Origin: Chthoniobacterales bacterium
GTDB taxonomy: Bacteria > Verrucomicrobiota > Verrucomicrobiia > Chthoniobacterales > UBA10450
Assembly: GCA_035568175.1 (NCBI GenBank)
Contig: DATMON010000004.1
Coordinates: forward strand, 374,864-438,863
DNA: 64,000 bases
Direction of reading: 5' to 3'
Shown piece by piece: positions 42,716-52,708 of this stretch (the stretch's first letter is position 1; the number at the start of each line of letters is the position of its first letter). A program made the translations under genes and the position numbers. A model generated the notes under the pieces. It did no database searches. It was not told where the DNA came from and saw nothing but the letters and a program-made list of their open reading frames with translations.

Positions 42716-44896
42716 TCAAGTGTTCACCCTCGCAAGCTGACGGTGTTCCGAGGCCGCGCGAAACAACCCCGTTACGAAGACGAGGCAGCTTCCAGCCGCG
42801 ATTCCACCTCCGAGAATCAACCACCATGGCCGATAAATAAGGGTTAGCGTGCCGTGCGAACCGCTCGGCACTTCAACAATTGGAAATAATCCGCGATAAG
42901 AATCGACGCGAAGTTTTTGTGTCCCAAGCCGCGCTTCATACCCGCGAAAGGAGGGCCGGGAAAAAGTCAGAAGTGCTGGCGAGCCGGCATTCGGTACATC
43001 GACATCTGCCGTCACGTAATTGCGCGAATCGACGATTTGAGAAATTGTCGCATCGACAAATTGCTCGTTTGGACGGGAATCGATCGAAGTGACCGAGCGA
43101 ACACGCGCCAGCGTCGGGCCGATTCGGTGATAAACAGCGCCTTCGCCGGTCGAAGTAACAAATTCCCAATCGGGACCAAGCGCGGGATCAAATCCCGAAT
43201 CCCACGCCACGACGAGTCCGTCGACACCGATTTGTTCGAGCAAGCCGCCCGCTTTCGATTGATCCCAAGCCAAGTATTCGGCTTCGTGTTCATTGATTTC
43301 GCCGTGAATCCGGATATCGAATTCCCGCGCAACGCCGGCGGGAAGGATCGGGCTGTAGCCATTAATGAAATGCAAACCGGCCCACATCGACGTGCTGCCC
43401 GGCCTAACTAGCTGACCGATCGGCTCTGATTTTTTCTCGACGCGATAATTCGATTCCGGCGCAGGATAAATGGTCAAATACAGACGCTGCGGGTCGAGCG
43501 GCTCAGGATTTAGCAATTCCTGGCTCAAATTGTATTTCGGCACGCCGCAATTCAGCGGAATGCAAACGTACGTCGCCAGTAACATCGCGAAAGTAACGAC
43601 TGCTGGACCGCACGTCCGGATCAAATCACCGCCGATAAACCACTCTCCCAGCAACCAAATGACGGCGATCTGAAAATAAATCAGCATCACCTCGGGTCCG
43701 TACTCGCCCTGCGTTTGGAAGATCGACATCAGAATCGTAACAGCGATCAGAAGAAGAACTGAGGCCGCGGCAGTCGGCAAGCCCGGTCGCAGTTGCAGAA
43801 TTTCTGCCGCGCAAAGAACGAGAATGAGATGGAAAAATGGCAGCCAACGAAAGCTCCAGCGAAAAACCCCGGCGGTTGGAATCATACAGAGCAAGAGCAC
43901 GACTAAGAGTAGGAGAAGCTCCCACTTCAGTCGGCGAATGAGCATTCGCGGACGCCAGAGAAATCCCGCGATCAGCGCAGCGGGCGCAACGAGACCGTTC
44001 GCCAATTCAGTTGCGCTGTGCGGAAGATATCGCGTCGAAAAATCAGCCCAGTTCACTGTCCAACAAGGCAAAATGAAACCGAGCAACGCGCGCCACGGAA
44101 CAATCCATTGCCAATGCGCGTCGGCCGGCTGCATTTGTTCGCGAAAAGAGCCGTGCGCATAATCCAAAATCGCCAGCCAAGCCGGCGCCGATAATCCAAA
44201 ACCGAGCGCGGCGCCGACCATCATCGGCAAGATCGACATCCAACTCTTCGTTTCGACTGACGATTTGATCGATAGCCACGCGATCAAAAGCACGAGCATC
44301 AAAACGGTGTAAGGAAAACCGCCGGTAACGACCGAATAGACAAACGGCACCGGCCACAAAAATCGCCAGCGAGTTCGTTGTCGATCAAGCGCGCGTTCCA
44401 AACCCCACCATGCCCACGGCAGCCACGCGAACGCGCCGAGCGCGCCGAACCAATCGGTTGCGCCCCAGCAAATGATCCAGCCGTTCAACGCCGCGACCAG
44501 CGCGACGAAGATCGACAACGGAAAAGAGAGTTTGCGATCGCGGGCGAGCAGAAACGCGCCGGCAGCGAGAACGAAAAGATGCGCGACCGAAAGGGCGGCG
44601 GCTTGCTGTGAAAATGTAAGCGGAAATTTCCAAATGAGAACGACCGCAGCGTTTATGAAAACTGAAAACGTTCCGTACTGAAATTCGCCGGCGAGATTGC
44701 TGCAGACCCACGAATACGGGCTCAGCAACGGCAAATGTCCTTCGCTCCAGCTCCGAGCGACATCGGCGAAAACCGGCAAGATTGACAGTTCATAGTCGTC
44801 GTTCCAGAACACGAGCGGATCGTGCCAAAGCAAGATGAAGCATAATCCGACGACGATTAATCCGGCGATGATTGCGCCGAAGAAATTTTTTCTCAA
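42716..44896 (-). CDS. Large polytopic membrane protein (GT-C-like/YfhO-like candidate) with a C-terminal periplasmic domain
   Basis: 726 aa. About 13 TM helices are followed by a ~230-aa soluble domain and a terminal TM helix. The family assignment is tentative. Confidence 0.55.
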   Translation of the reverse strand: MRKNFFGAIIAGLIVVGLCFILLWHDPLVFWNDDYELSILPVFADVARSWSEGHLPLLSPYSWVCSNLAGEFQYGTFSVFINAAVVLIWKFPLTFSQQAAALSVAHLFVLAAGAFLLARDRKLSFPLSIFVALVAALNGWIICWGATDWFGALGAFAWLPWAWWGLERALDRQRTRWRFLWPVPFVYSVVTGGFPYTVLMLVLLIAWLSIKSSVETKSWMSILPMMVGAALGFGLSAPAWLAILDYAHGSFREQMQPADAHWQWIVPWRALLGFILPCWTVNWADFSTRYLPHSATELANGLVAPAALIAGFLWRPRMLIRRLKWELLLLLVVLLLCMIPTAGVFRWSFRWLPFFHLILVLCAAEILQLRPGLPTAAASVLLLIAVTILMSIFQTQGEYGPEVMLIYFQIAVIWLLGEWFIGGDLIRTCGPAVVTFAMLLATYVCIPLNCGVPKYNLSQELLNPEPLDPQRLYLTIYPAPESNYRVEKKSEPIGQLVRPGSTSMWAGLHFINGYSPILPAGVAREFDIRIHGEINEHEAEYLAWDQSKAGGLLEQIGVDGLVVAWDSGFDPALGPDWEFVTSTGEGAVYHRIGPTLARVRSVTSIDSRPNEQFVDATISQIVDSRNYVTADVDVPNAGSPALLTFSRPSFRGYEARLGTQKLRVDSYRGLFPIVEVPSGSHGTLTLIYRPWWLILGGGIAAGSCLVFVTGLFRAASEHRQLARVNT

Positions 44897-45837
44897 AGGA
44901 CGACAGGTTTTCCTTCGGTCATGACCAGGACCTTGTCTTCAATGCCGTGGACACGGGCGGACTCGCGTAACCGCTCGAGCGGCTCTTCGAGGGGCTCGTA
45001 ACCGAGACGAAAACTGCCGTAATGCATCGGCACGAGAGTCTTCGCTTTGAGTTCATTGAATGCACGCACTGCTTCTTCCGGATTCATGTGCACTTCGCGC
45101 GCGAGCGGCGGATCGTACGCGCCGATCGGCAATAGCGCGATCTCGATGTTGTGACGCTCGCCGATTTCCTTGAATCCTTCGAAGTAAGCGGTATCGCCGC
45201 AGTGAAAAACGGATCGACCGGCGGCTCCAATGACAAAGCCGCCAAAGCCGCGATGTGTATCAGCAAGGAAACGCGCGCCCCAATGATGAGCGGGCGTCAG
45301 CGAAATTCGGAGCGGACCGAGCTCGATCGTCTGCCATTCATCCAGCTCGTGCACGATGTTGAACCCGAGCCGATGGACCAAACGCCCGACGCCGACTGGA
45401 ACGACAATCGGCTGATCGGCCGCGACCAGCTGCAATGTGCGCCGATCGAGATGATCGAAGTGGGCGTGGGTTACCAGCACGAAATCAATCGACGGAAGAT
45501 GATGAATGTGAAATCCGGGTTCCTTTAATCGTTTAATGACACTGAGCCACATCGACCAGATCGGATCGATCAGAACATTGACCTCGTGAGTTTGAACTAA
45601 AAAAGAGGCATGCCCGATCCAGGTGATGCAAATCTGGCCGGCCTGAACTTTTGGAAAGAGCGGGCGCGCGGGAGCTCCGGAGCGCTTTGTGAACAGCGAC
45701 GGGATCCAAACGCTGGTGATAAAATTGCGTTTAGTCCAATCACTGCCGGGGCGCAGCTTAACGCGTTGTGATTTCTTCGGTCCGTCAGCAGAACTCTGGC
45801 GAACGATCTTTCGCTTTCTCGAAAACGGATTCGGCAC
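44893..45837 (-). CDS. MBL-fold metallo-hydrolase (Lactamase_B_3/NAPE-PLD-like)
   Basis: 314 aa. 'VTHAHFDHLD' and 'HCGDTAYF'. The stop overlaps the start of the downstream membrane-protein gene. Confidence 0.75.
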   Translation of the reverse strand: MPNPFSRKRKIVRQSSADGPKKSQRVKLRPGSDWTKRNFITSVWIPSLFTKRSGAPARPLFPKVQAGQICITWIGHASFLVQTHEVNVLIDPIWSMWLSVIKRLKEPGFHIHHLPSIDFVLVTHAHFDHLDRRTLQLVAADQPIVVPVGVGRLVHRLGFNIVHELDEWQTIELGPLRISLTPAHHWGARFLADTHRGFGGFVIGAAGRSVFHCGDTAYFEGFKEIGERHNIEIALLPIGAYDPPLAREVHMNPEEAVRAFNELKAKTLVPMHYGSFRLGYEPLEEPLERLRESARVHGIEDKVLVMTEGKPVVL

Positions 45838-45876
45838 GACCCGGAGACGATATAAGCGCGGCGGTTCGAATCAAAC

Positions 45877-46563
45877 TCAGCAGGTGAGTAATCGAAATCG
45901 TAATTTCCAATACGACATTGGAAGCGGCGTCGGGATGCATGCGAAGACGCCGTAGCGACGCTGCGGATTCGGACGGGGGTCGCGTTCGTTATCCAAACTT
46001 TGAAAGCGTTGGAATAGCGGATCGTCGCCGAAGAATGCGTTGGGAAAATTGCGCTCGACGAATTTTCGTTGAGGCGAAGCCGGCGGGAAATCGTGGACGA
46101 ACATCGCGCACGGTTTTCCGGTGCGGAGAAGATCGACAGCCAACTTGAGCGCGCGGAAATCTTTTGGGCCGTCGATCAGGACCGCGTCGCCCTCTTGCAA
46201 TCGTTGCGGCAAAATCTCACGGGAATCGCCGTAAAGAAGATCGACATTCGATTCAGGCTTCAGTTTTGCTTCCGCCGCGGGAGCATTTTCCGATTGCCGA
46301 TCGTACTCAATGCTAATGATCCGCGCCTCCGGAAAGCAACGCGCGAGAATGAGGGTGCTTTTCCCGCGAGCACGTCCTGATTCCAGAATTTGTTTCGGCT
46401 CGAATGGTTTCACCGCGGCGTAAAACAGAAACATTTCGCTCTCCCAAATTCCGCCAAAACCGGCTTCGGGCGGAATGTTCCCTATTATTTCTCGATATTC
46501 CGGCAACAAAGCATCGGCGCCGTCGGCCACGGCGGATTTAGTTAACGCAATCTGTTCAGGCAT
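45877..46563 (-). CDS. Putative SAM-dependent methyltransferase (Methyltransf_24/CmcI-like)
   Basis: 228 aa. 'ILESGRARGKSTLILA..IISIEY...DAVLIDGPKD' resembles a class I MTase core. Weak call. Confidence 0.45.
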   Translation of the reverse strand: MPEQIALTKSAVADGADALLPEYREIIGNIPPEAGFGGIWESEMFLFYAAVKPFEPKQILESGRARGKSTLILARCFPEARIISIEYDRQSENAPAAEAKLKPESNVDLLYGDSREILPQRLQEGDAVLIDGPKDFRALKLAVDLLRTGKPCAMFVHDFPPASPQRKFVERNFPNAFFGDDPLFQRFQSLDNERDPRPNPQRRYGVFACIPTPLPMSYWKLRFRLLTC

Positions 46564-46568
46564 AGTTT

Positions 46569-46622
46569 TGTAGCCGTCGCCCTGTGAGCGACGCGCGCGC
46601 GTCCCACAGGGACGCGGCTACA
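46569..46622. repeat. REP-like palindromic element (copy b), divergent intergenic region
   Basis: TGTAGCCGTCGCCCTGTGAGCGACGCGCGCGCGTCCCACAGGGACGCGGCTACA. The outer stem is TGTAGCCG/CGGCTACA and the inner stem is CCCTGTG/CACAGGG. Confidence 0.7.
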
Positions 46623-46668
46623 GGAAATCATCGCCGGTTTGTGTGGTTAGGCCACCAGATTTAAGTTG

Positions 46669-47676
46669 ATGTCGATGCAAAATTTGCCGTTCGACGAACG
46701 CGCTTGCTTCATCGCGGGCGCGGCCAAGTCCGGGACGACGTTGCTCGTTTCGCTGCTCGACAGTCATCCCGAGCTGCTGGTCATGCCGCAGGACACTGCC
46801 TATTTTCCGACGGTGCTGACGAAATACGGATCGCGCGGGCGCCGGGCCCAATTCGATTATTTGACCCAAGAATCGTGGACGAACGTGCTATTCGGGTTTC
46901 AAGCGATGCGCGGCCGGCAGGATTACGCCGAGTTTCCAAAACAGAAATTTCTCGAGACGTTTGAACACGTGGCCTTCGATCCGGCGAACACGAACAGAGA
47001 TTTGCTGGTGCTGATGATGGAAGCGTACGCGCAGGTCGTCGGGGCTCCGCTCGAACGAATAAAGCGTTGGGTGGAAAAAACTCCGGCCAATCGCAATTAC
47101 GTCTCGGAGATTTTCAATCGATTTCCGAAAGCGAAGTTGCTGCTGACGATGCGCGATCCCCGCGCGCTGCTGGCGGCGCAGATCGCACTCGAAAATACGA
47201 GAAAGACGCGGCGGTTTTCTGTTTACTATGTAGTGGCGCACTGGCGGGCTGCGGCAAAGCTCGCAAAAAAAATTCGGACGAAGGAAATTCCAGGTCTCAT
47301 TGTCGGTTACGAAGACCTCGCGCTCGATCCCAAGATGTCGATGCAAAAGGTGTGCGACTATCTCGAGATCATTTTCGATCCCGAAATTGTTCTGAATCCG
47401 ACCAAGGTCGGCCGTTCATGGGCGGGCAATTCCGCCGCCGGTGTGCGGTTTGACGAAATCAGTACCGCGCCGGTCACTCGATGGAAAAGCGAATTGGAAG
47501 AAGACGAAATCGGCTGGGTGGAATGGCATTGCCGGGATTTGATGCCGGAATTCGGCTACGAGCCGCGCTTGAACCGGCGATCACTGCGCTATTTCATCAA
47601 ACCGATCCGCGGCGAGCGGCCGAAAGAATTTCTTAAATCACGCGCGTATTCGTTGCGGGATCGTTTGAAGAGCTAA
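46669..47676 (+). CDS. Sulfotransferase-family protein
   Basis: 5'-PSB loop 'IAGAAKSGTTLLVSLLDSHP' and 3'-PB-like 'LLTMRDPRA'. Confidence 0.8.
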   Translation: MSMQNLPFDERACFIAGAAKSGTTLLVSLLDSHPELLVMPQDTAYFPTVLTKYGSRGRRAQFDYLTQESWTNVLFGFQAMRGRQDYAEFPKQKFLETFEHVAFDPANTNRDLLVLMMEAYAQVVGAPLERIKRWVEKTPANRNYVSEIFNRFPKAKLLLTMRDPRALLAAQIALENTRKTRRFSVYYVVAHWRAAAKLAKKIRTKEIPGLIVGYEDLALDPKMSMQKVCDYLEIIFDPEIVLNPTKVGRSWAGNSAAGVRFDEISTAPVTRWKSELEEDEIGWVEWHCRDLMPEFGYEPRLNRRSLRYFIKPIRGERPKEFLKSRAYSLRDRLKS

Positions 47677-47764
47677 TATTTGGGACACGGCAGCGCGTGT
47701 CCCTCCAAACAGATGTCAATCAAGGGTTGATTGCGCCGCGATTTGGCTTTCAGTTCTGTCCGCT

Positions 47765-48649
47765 ATGAGGGCTTGGAGGATTCTCGTTCCTGTTCTTTTG
47801 ATTTGCTCGACGGCTGTCGCCGTCGAGACGCGGCTGCCATTCAAAACAGTTTTCAAAGGACAGGACCAATTCAATCGACTGGTTTCGCTGGCCAAGAGCA
47901 ACGATTGGAAATCGCTGCCGATTGGGGAGCGAACAGCAGTGGTGGGACAAGCGCTCACCGGCACGCGCTACAAATCTTATACGCTCGAGATCGACAATCG
48001 AATCGAATCGCCCTCGGTGAATTTCAATGGGCTCGATTGCTGGACGTTTTTTGAAACGTCGCTGGCGTTTGCACGGATGCTAAATGAGCCGGAGGAAAAT
48101 TGGACGCCGGAAAACTTTTTGCATTACATTGAAGTGGATCGATATCGGGGCGGCGTTTGCACAGGCGAATATCTCTCCCGGCTGCATTATTTGGAGGACT
48201 GGCTTTACGACAACGACAAGCGCGGTTTGGTGCAAGACCTGACAACCAAGCTTGGCGGCCAGAGCGTGCCGCACGCGGCCCATGAAATGACGGTGGCGTG
48301 GCGGCATTATCGCTACCTGGCGGCGAACAAATCGCTTCTCGGACCGCTTGCGCGAATGGAAGCGGACGTTTCGAGGCGACCGCTCTACCAGATTCCAAAA
48401 AATCGGGTCGCGAAAATCGAACCGAAACTTCAAAGCGGCGACATTATCGGGATCGTTTCGCACGACGGCCGATTGTATTCGACGTCGCATGTCGGACTCG
48501 CGCTGCGCGCCCCTGACGGCGTTTTGCATTTCCTGCATGCGTCGGCTCCGCACAATTACGACAAGGTGGTCGTCGACTCGCGGCTTTCAGATTACCTGAG
48601 GAAATATCGGAGTGATTCGGGAATCCTGGTCGCGCGGCCGCTGCGCTAG
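47765..48649 (+). CDS. DUF1460-family secreted protein (amidase/transglutaminase-like fold)
   Basis: 294 aa. Signal peptide and 'NFNGLDCWTFFETSLAFARM', as I recall for DUF1460. Confidence 0.65.
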   Translation: MRAWRILVPVLLICSTAVAVETRLPFKTVFKGQDQFNRLVSLAKSNDWKSLPIGERTAVVGQALTGTRYKSYTLEIDNRIESPSVNFNGLDCWTFFETSLAFARMLNEPEENWTPENFLHYIEVDRYRGGVCTGEYLSRLHYLEDWLYDNDKRGLVQDLTTKLGGQSVPHAAHEMTVAWRHYRYLAANKSLLGPLARMEADVSRRPLYQIPKNRVAKIEPKLQSGDIIGIVSHDGRLYSTSHVGLALRAPDGVLHFLHASAPHNYDKVVVDSRLSDYLRKYRSDSGILVARPLR

Positions 48650-48698
48650 GTCCGAGCCGGACAGGCACTATTGAGTTTCGGCCGTTGTTGTTGTTGAA

Positions 48699-50708
48699 TT
48701 ACGGCACTAGAGGCAAAGTAACCGAGAAGGTCGCGCCTTTGCCTGAACCTTCGCTGTGCGCGCCAATGCTGCCGCCGTGCATTTCGACGATTGCCTTACT
48801 GATGGCGAGACCGAGCCCGAGACCTTCGCGTCGCATTTCGAGTTGCTCGAAGGCGTCGAAAATTTTCTCGAGAAATACCGGTTCGATCCCAATGCCGGTG
48901 TCGCTGATTTCGACTGTGATCGAATTTGGCGAACTGTTGCAAGAACGAACTGAGATCGTTCCAGTATCGGCAGTGAATTTGCAGGCGTTGCGCAAAATGT
49001 TCCAAAAAACCTGCTGCACACGCGGTGGATCCACATTGACCTGATGAGATGCCGCCTCTAGCGCAAGCGATAGTGGAAGTTGGCGACAATCAACATCGGC
49101 CCGCACGATTTCAATGGCGTGTCGAATCAACTCGTGCGCATCGGTCGGCTGAAGCCGCAACTGTAATTTGCCGCGGGCAATGCGAGTGAGATCAAGCAAA
49201 TCATCAATCAATCTCGCTTCCAATTCGACATTGCGGCAAACCATGCGCAACCCTTGTTCCAGCTCCGGATCGAGCCCTGGGTGATTCAATATTCCGTCCG
49301 CCCAGAGCAAAATCGGATTCAGCGGTGTGCGCAGTTCGTGACTAAGAGTAGCGAGAAAACGATCTTTGGCGGCGCTGGCCGCTTCGGCATTTTCCTTCGC
49401 CCGTTCCAGTTCCTGCTCAATCCGTCGACGCTCAATAAAAAGACCGATCTGACTGCCAAGCGCGGTCACCAATTGGAGCAAATCGGGATCAGGCTCGGCG
49501 ACATGTTCGCTGAACATTTCGACTACCCCATTGATCGCGCGACCGGCAAAAAGGGGGAAAGCGAAACCGCCGTGCAATCCTGCTTCCCGCGCCGCCGGGG
49601 CCCGCGGAAAATTTTTGTCCACGACCACATCGTAAATCCAAGCGGCCTCGTTCGATTCCCAAACACGGCCGGGCAAACCTTCGCCCATTCCAAATTGAAT
49701 TGCTTGGGAGAATTGTCCGAACTTCCTCAGCTTGTCCGAGCCTCCTTCCCAAAAAGCGCAACAGCGCAATCTTCCGATCGTCTCATCATAAATCCAAAGC
49801 GCGCTCAGAACCCAATCACCAATCGAAGCGATCGTTTGAAGGATCGCGGAGCTCGCTTCTTCAAGGGTCCATGAGCCTGCGAGCAAACTCGCCACCGTGT
49901 ACTGGGCAAGACGTCTGCGGTCGCTCCGAACGCGCTCAGAAATATCGCGCGCAATTTTTGACGCGCCGATGACGTGCCCATCCACATGTTTGATCGGTGA
50001 GACCGTGAGCGAGACGTTTATAAGATTGCCGTCTTTTCGGCGGCGAACGGTATCGAAATGGTCAACCCGTTCGCCGGTATGAATCCGATCAAGGATCCGC
50101 TGTTCTTCGTGGTAGCGATCCGGCGGAATGATGACCGTGATCGGTTTGTTAATCACGTCGTCGGCGCTAAAACCGAAAAGCTTCTCCGCGCCTCTGTTCC
50201 AACTCGTGATGATTCCATTCAAATCTTTGCTGACGATGGCGTCGTCCGACGATTCGACGATCGCGGCCAAATGCCGGCTGGCCTCCTCGTGGCGAGTGCG
50301 GTCGGTGATGTCGCGCAAATAGGCGGTGAAAATCGGGGCGCTGTTGATCTCGAGCGCGGTGATAGCCAGCTCGACCAAAATTTCGGAGCCGTCCTTGCGA
50401 ACACCCGCGATCTTGATCCGCTTTCCGATCACCGGCCCCTCGCCTGTTTTTAGATAATGCGTCAGGCCGCGGCGATGCTGCTCGCGCATGCGCGACGGAA
50501 TGATCAGCTCGGCGAGTTCTTTGCCGATGGCCTCGGATCGGCTAAAACCAAAAGTTCGCTCGGCCGCCGGATTAAACTCGAGGACGCGCCCGTCTCCGTC
50601 CATGGTAATAATACCATCGAGCGCGGTGTCGAGAATGCCGCGATACAGCATTTCGAGCTTATCGCTCGCGAGAGTTTTGCTGTTTTCGGCGCTTTGTTTG
50701 GATTTCAT
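48699..50708 (-). CDS. Cytoplasmic sensor histidine kinase (PAS-PAS-GAF-HisKA-HATPase)
   Basis: 669 aa. Two PAS domains, a GAF domain, H-box 'LATLSHELRTPLNPIL' and 'DTGIGI..GLGLGLAISK'. Confidence 0.9.
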   Translation of the reverse strand: MKSKQSAENSKTLASDKLEMLYRGILDTALDGIITMDGDGRVLEFNPAAERTFGFSRSEAIGKELAELIIPSRMREQHRRGLTHYLKTGEGPVIGKRIKIAGVRKDGSEILVELAITALEINSAPIFTAYLRDITDRTRHEEASRHLAAIVESSDDAIVSKDLNGIITSWNRGAEKLFGFSADDVINKPITVIIPPDRYHEEQRILDRIHTGERVDHFDTVRRRKDGNLINVSLTVSPIKHVDGHVIGASKIARDISERVRSDRRRLAQYTVASLLAGSWTLEEASSAILQTIASIGDWVLSALWIYDETIGRLRCCAFWEGGSDKLRKFGQFSQAIQFGMGEGLPGRVWESNEAAWIYDVVVDKNFPRAPAAREAGLHGGFAFPLFAGRAINGVVEMFSEHVAEPDPDLLQLVTALGSQIGLFIERRRIEQELERAKENAEAASAAKDRFLATLSHELRTPLNPILLWADGILNHPGLDPELEQGLRMVCRNVELEARLIDDLLDLTRIARGKLQLRLQPTDAHELIRHAIEIVRADVDCRQLPLSLALEAASHQVNVDPPRVQQVFWNILRNACKFTADTGTISVRSCNSSPNSITVEISDTGIGIEPVFLEKIFDAFEQLEMRREGLGLGLAISKAIVEMHGGSIGAHSEGSGKGATFSVTLPLVP

Positions 50709-50859
50709 CAGGAGCGCGCCCGCGGCGACGCCCTTTCGCGCGAGACTAACAAGTTTGGCGCGCAGCGTGCAATAGCGCTTCGCGGGAAGAGAGCGATCTT
50801 AACCGCTGGAATGGCAGCCGAGGAAGTTGTAGGAAAAGAGATTCTTCGCGGCCGATTGC

Positions 50860-52698
50860 ATGAAAATACTTTGTGTAGTGGAACATGGTAACGCTCCGAG
50901 CACGCGGCTGCGTCTGCGGGATTGTCTGAATTACTATTCCGCCCTGGGCGTGGAAGCGACGGTCGTTCCGACCCGGCGTTCCAGCGTGAGCGAGCGGCTG
51001 CGCGTTCTTAAAGAAGCGCGCCGGCATGACGTGGTCGTTCTTTTCAAAACAATCGGCTTCAACGAATTTGAGCTTGGCCTGCTGCAACGCGCCAATCGCC
51101 GCATCGTTTTTGATTTTGACGACGCGGTGATGTTTCGCGACCAAAAACACCGCCGGCCCTTGCGCGGAAAGGATTTCAAGAAATTCCTCCGGACAGTCAG
51201 ACACTGCGCCGCGGTCGTGGCCGGCAATGATTTTCTCGCCTGTTTCGCGGAAGCGTCCGGTCGCCGGGCGATCATCCTTCCGACGTCGATCGACCTTCGG
51301 CGATATCATTTGAAACAAAACTTCGATGGACCGGGATTAACGATCGGCTGGGTTGGATTGAGCGACGGGCTGCCTTATCTCCGGCATATCCAGCCTGCGC
51401 TGCAGCAACTAAGCGAAATGTTTCCCGGGTTAAAACTGAAAGTGATCTCGGACAAACCGCTCCAACTCGACGGCGTGCACGTCGAGAACGATCCATGGCG
51501 ATTGGAAACGGAGCAGACCAATCTTGCCAGTTTCGACATTGGCATCATGCCGCTATGGGATTCGGTTTGGACGCGGGGAAAATGCGGTTACAAAATTTTG
51601 CAATACATGGGTGTCGGCACAGCCGTGGTCGCATCCGACGTCGGGGTAAACAATGAAATCATTTCACACGGCGAAAATGGTTTTCTCGCGCGAACGCAGG
51701 ACGATTGGGTCGAAGCGCTCAGCAGTTTGATCCGAAACGCGGAGCAACGGAGAACATTCGGATTGCGCGGCCGAGAATTGATCGAGAAACGCTATTCATT
51801 GGAAAGCTTCGCTCAGGGTTACGTGAAGCTATTGCGCGAAATCGCGCGTATTCCGGGAGAATCTGCGGATTCCAGAGGGCGCCGCAGTTTTGGACGATGG
51901 AACTTTAGCAGTCGCGCGCGTGAGCTTTCCGGTGGCGATGCCGTTGTCATCTCGGTGCCGAAAAGCGGACGCACCTGGGTGCGGACTTTTCTCTGCGCCT
52001 ATTTTTGCAAACGAACGGGAAAACCGTTCACTCTCCGCCCCGATCGTTATCATGAGCCGGATATTCCGCGCATGATCTTTTCGCATGATTTCGCCGAACA
52101 GCGAATGAAGGCGACGCTTTGGGAGCGGGTCCGCGGCAAATACCTGGTGCCGGCGCGCGAGCTGGCCCGGGCCGATGTCATTCTTTTGGTCCGCGATCCT
52201 CGGGACGCCTTTGTCTCGCTTTACATGCAGCTGGTCCACCGCACGCGCGAAACGCCCCAGGAATTGAAACAGAAAAGTATCGGCGATCTTCTCCGTGATC
52301 GTCGCTATGGAATCCTGTCGATCATCAAAACGATGAATAACTGGTTTGCCGAATTCGGGCACCGCAAAAATTTTACGCTACTTCATTACGAGTCATTGCG
52401 GGCAGCGCCGGAGCAGAATTTTCGGGCCCTGCTGAGCACGCTCGGGGAAACTTCGCCCGACCTGGAAGCCTTCAAGCACGCGCTTGAGTTTTCCGACTTC
52501 GCCAACATGCAAAGGCTGGAAGTGGCCGGTGTGTTTGATTCGAAGATCCTGCGCTCGCGCGATGTTCAGAATCCGGAATCGTTCAAAGTTCGACGCGGCA
52601 AAGTGGGCGGGTATCGCGATTATCTTTCGCCGGAGGACCAGGCATTCGCAGCTGACGCGCTCAAACATTTAGACGCGCGCTTCGGTTATACGGCTTGA
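50860..52698 (+). CDS. Fusion: GT1-family (GT4-like) glycosyltransferase + sulfotransferase
   Basis: The N-terminal ~340 aa ends in the GT1 C-terminal motif 'GYKILQYMGVGTAVVASDVGVNNEIISHGENGFL'. The C-terminal ~260 aa has the sulfotransferase PSB loop 'VISVPKSGRTWVRTFL' and 'LLVRDPRDAFVSLY'. Confidence 0.8.
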   Translation: MKILCVVEHGNAPSTRLRLRDCLNYYSALGVEATVVPTRRSSVSERLRVLKEARRHDVVVLFKTIGFNEFELGLLQRANRRIVFDFDDAVMFRDQKHRRPLRGKDFKKFLRTVRHCAAVVAGNDFLACFAEASGRRAIILPTSIDLRRYHLKQNFDGPGLTIGWVGLSDGLPYLRHIQPALQQLSEMFPGLKLKVISDKPLQLDGVHVENDPWRLETEQTNLASFDIGIMPLWDSVWTRGKCGYKILQYMGVGTAVVASDVGVNNEIISHGENGFLARTQDDWVEALSSLIRNAEQRRTFGLRGRELIEKRYSLESFAQGYVKLLREIARIPGESADSRGRRSFGRWNFSSRARELSGGDAVVISVPKSGRTWVRTFLCAYFCKRTGKPFTLRPDRYHEPDIPRMIFSHDFAEQRMKATLWERVRGKYLVPARELARADVILLVRDPRDAFVSLYMQLVHRTRETPQELKQKSIGDLLRDRRYGILSIIKTMNNWFAEFGHRKNFTLLHYESLRAAPEQNFRALLSTLGETSPDLEAFKHALEFSDFANMQRLEVAGVFDSKILRSRDVQNPESFKVRRGKVGGYRDYLSPEDQAFAADALKHLDARFGYTA

Positions 52699-52708
52699 TC
52701 GCGCGCGG

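Noticed and set aside
42609-42740. A 43-codon + strand ORF (MIKLSLCALIFSTLIWKNIPRSLLPAQPVKAVDGPVQVFTLAS) in the spacer after the CysJ-like gene.
   Set aside because: It has a hydrophobic N-terminus, but I recognise no conservation. It overlaps the 3' end of the convergent membrane-protein gene, and nothing supports it beyond being open.
47682-47703. The hairpin GGGACACG-GCAGCG-CGTGTCCC, 6 nt after the sulfotransferase stop, considered as another REP family member.
   Set aside because: It lacks the TGTAGC/GCTACA termini and is much shorter. It is probably a simple terminator-like stem without a T-tract, so I did not count it in the family.
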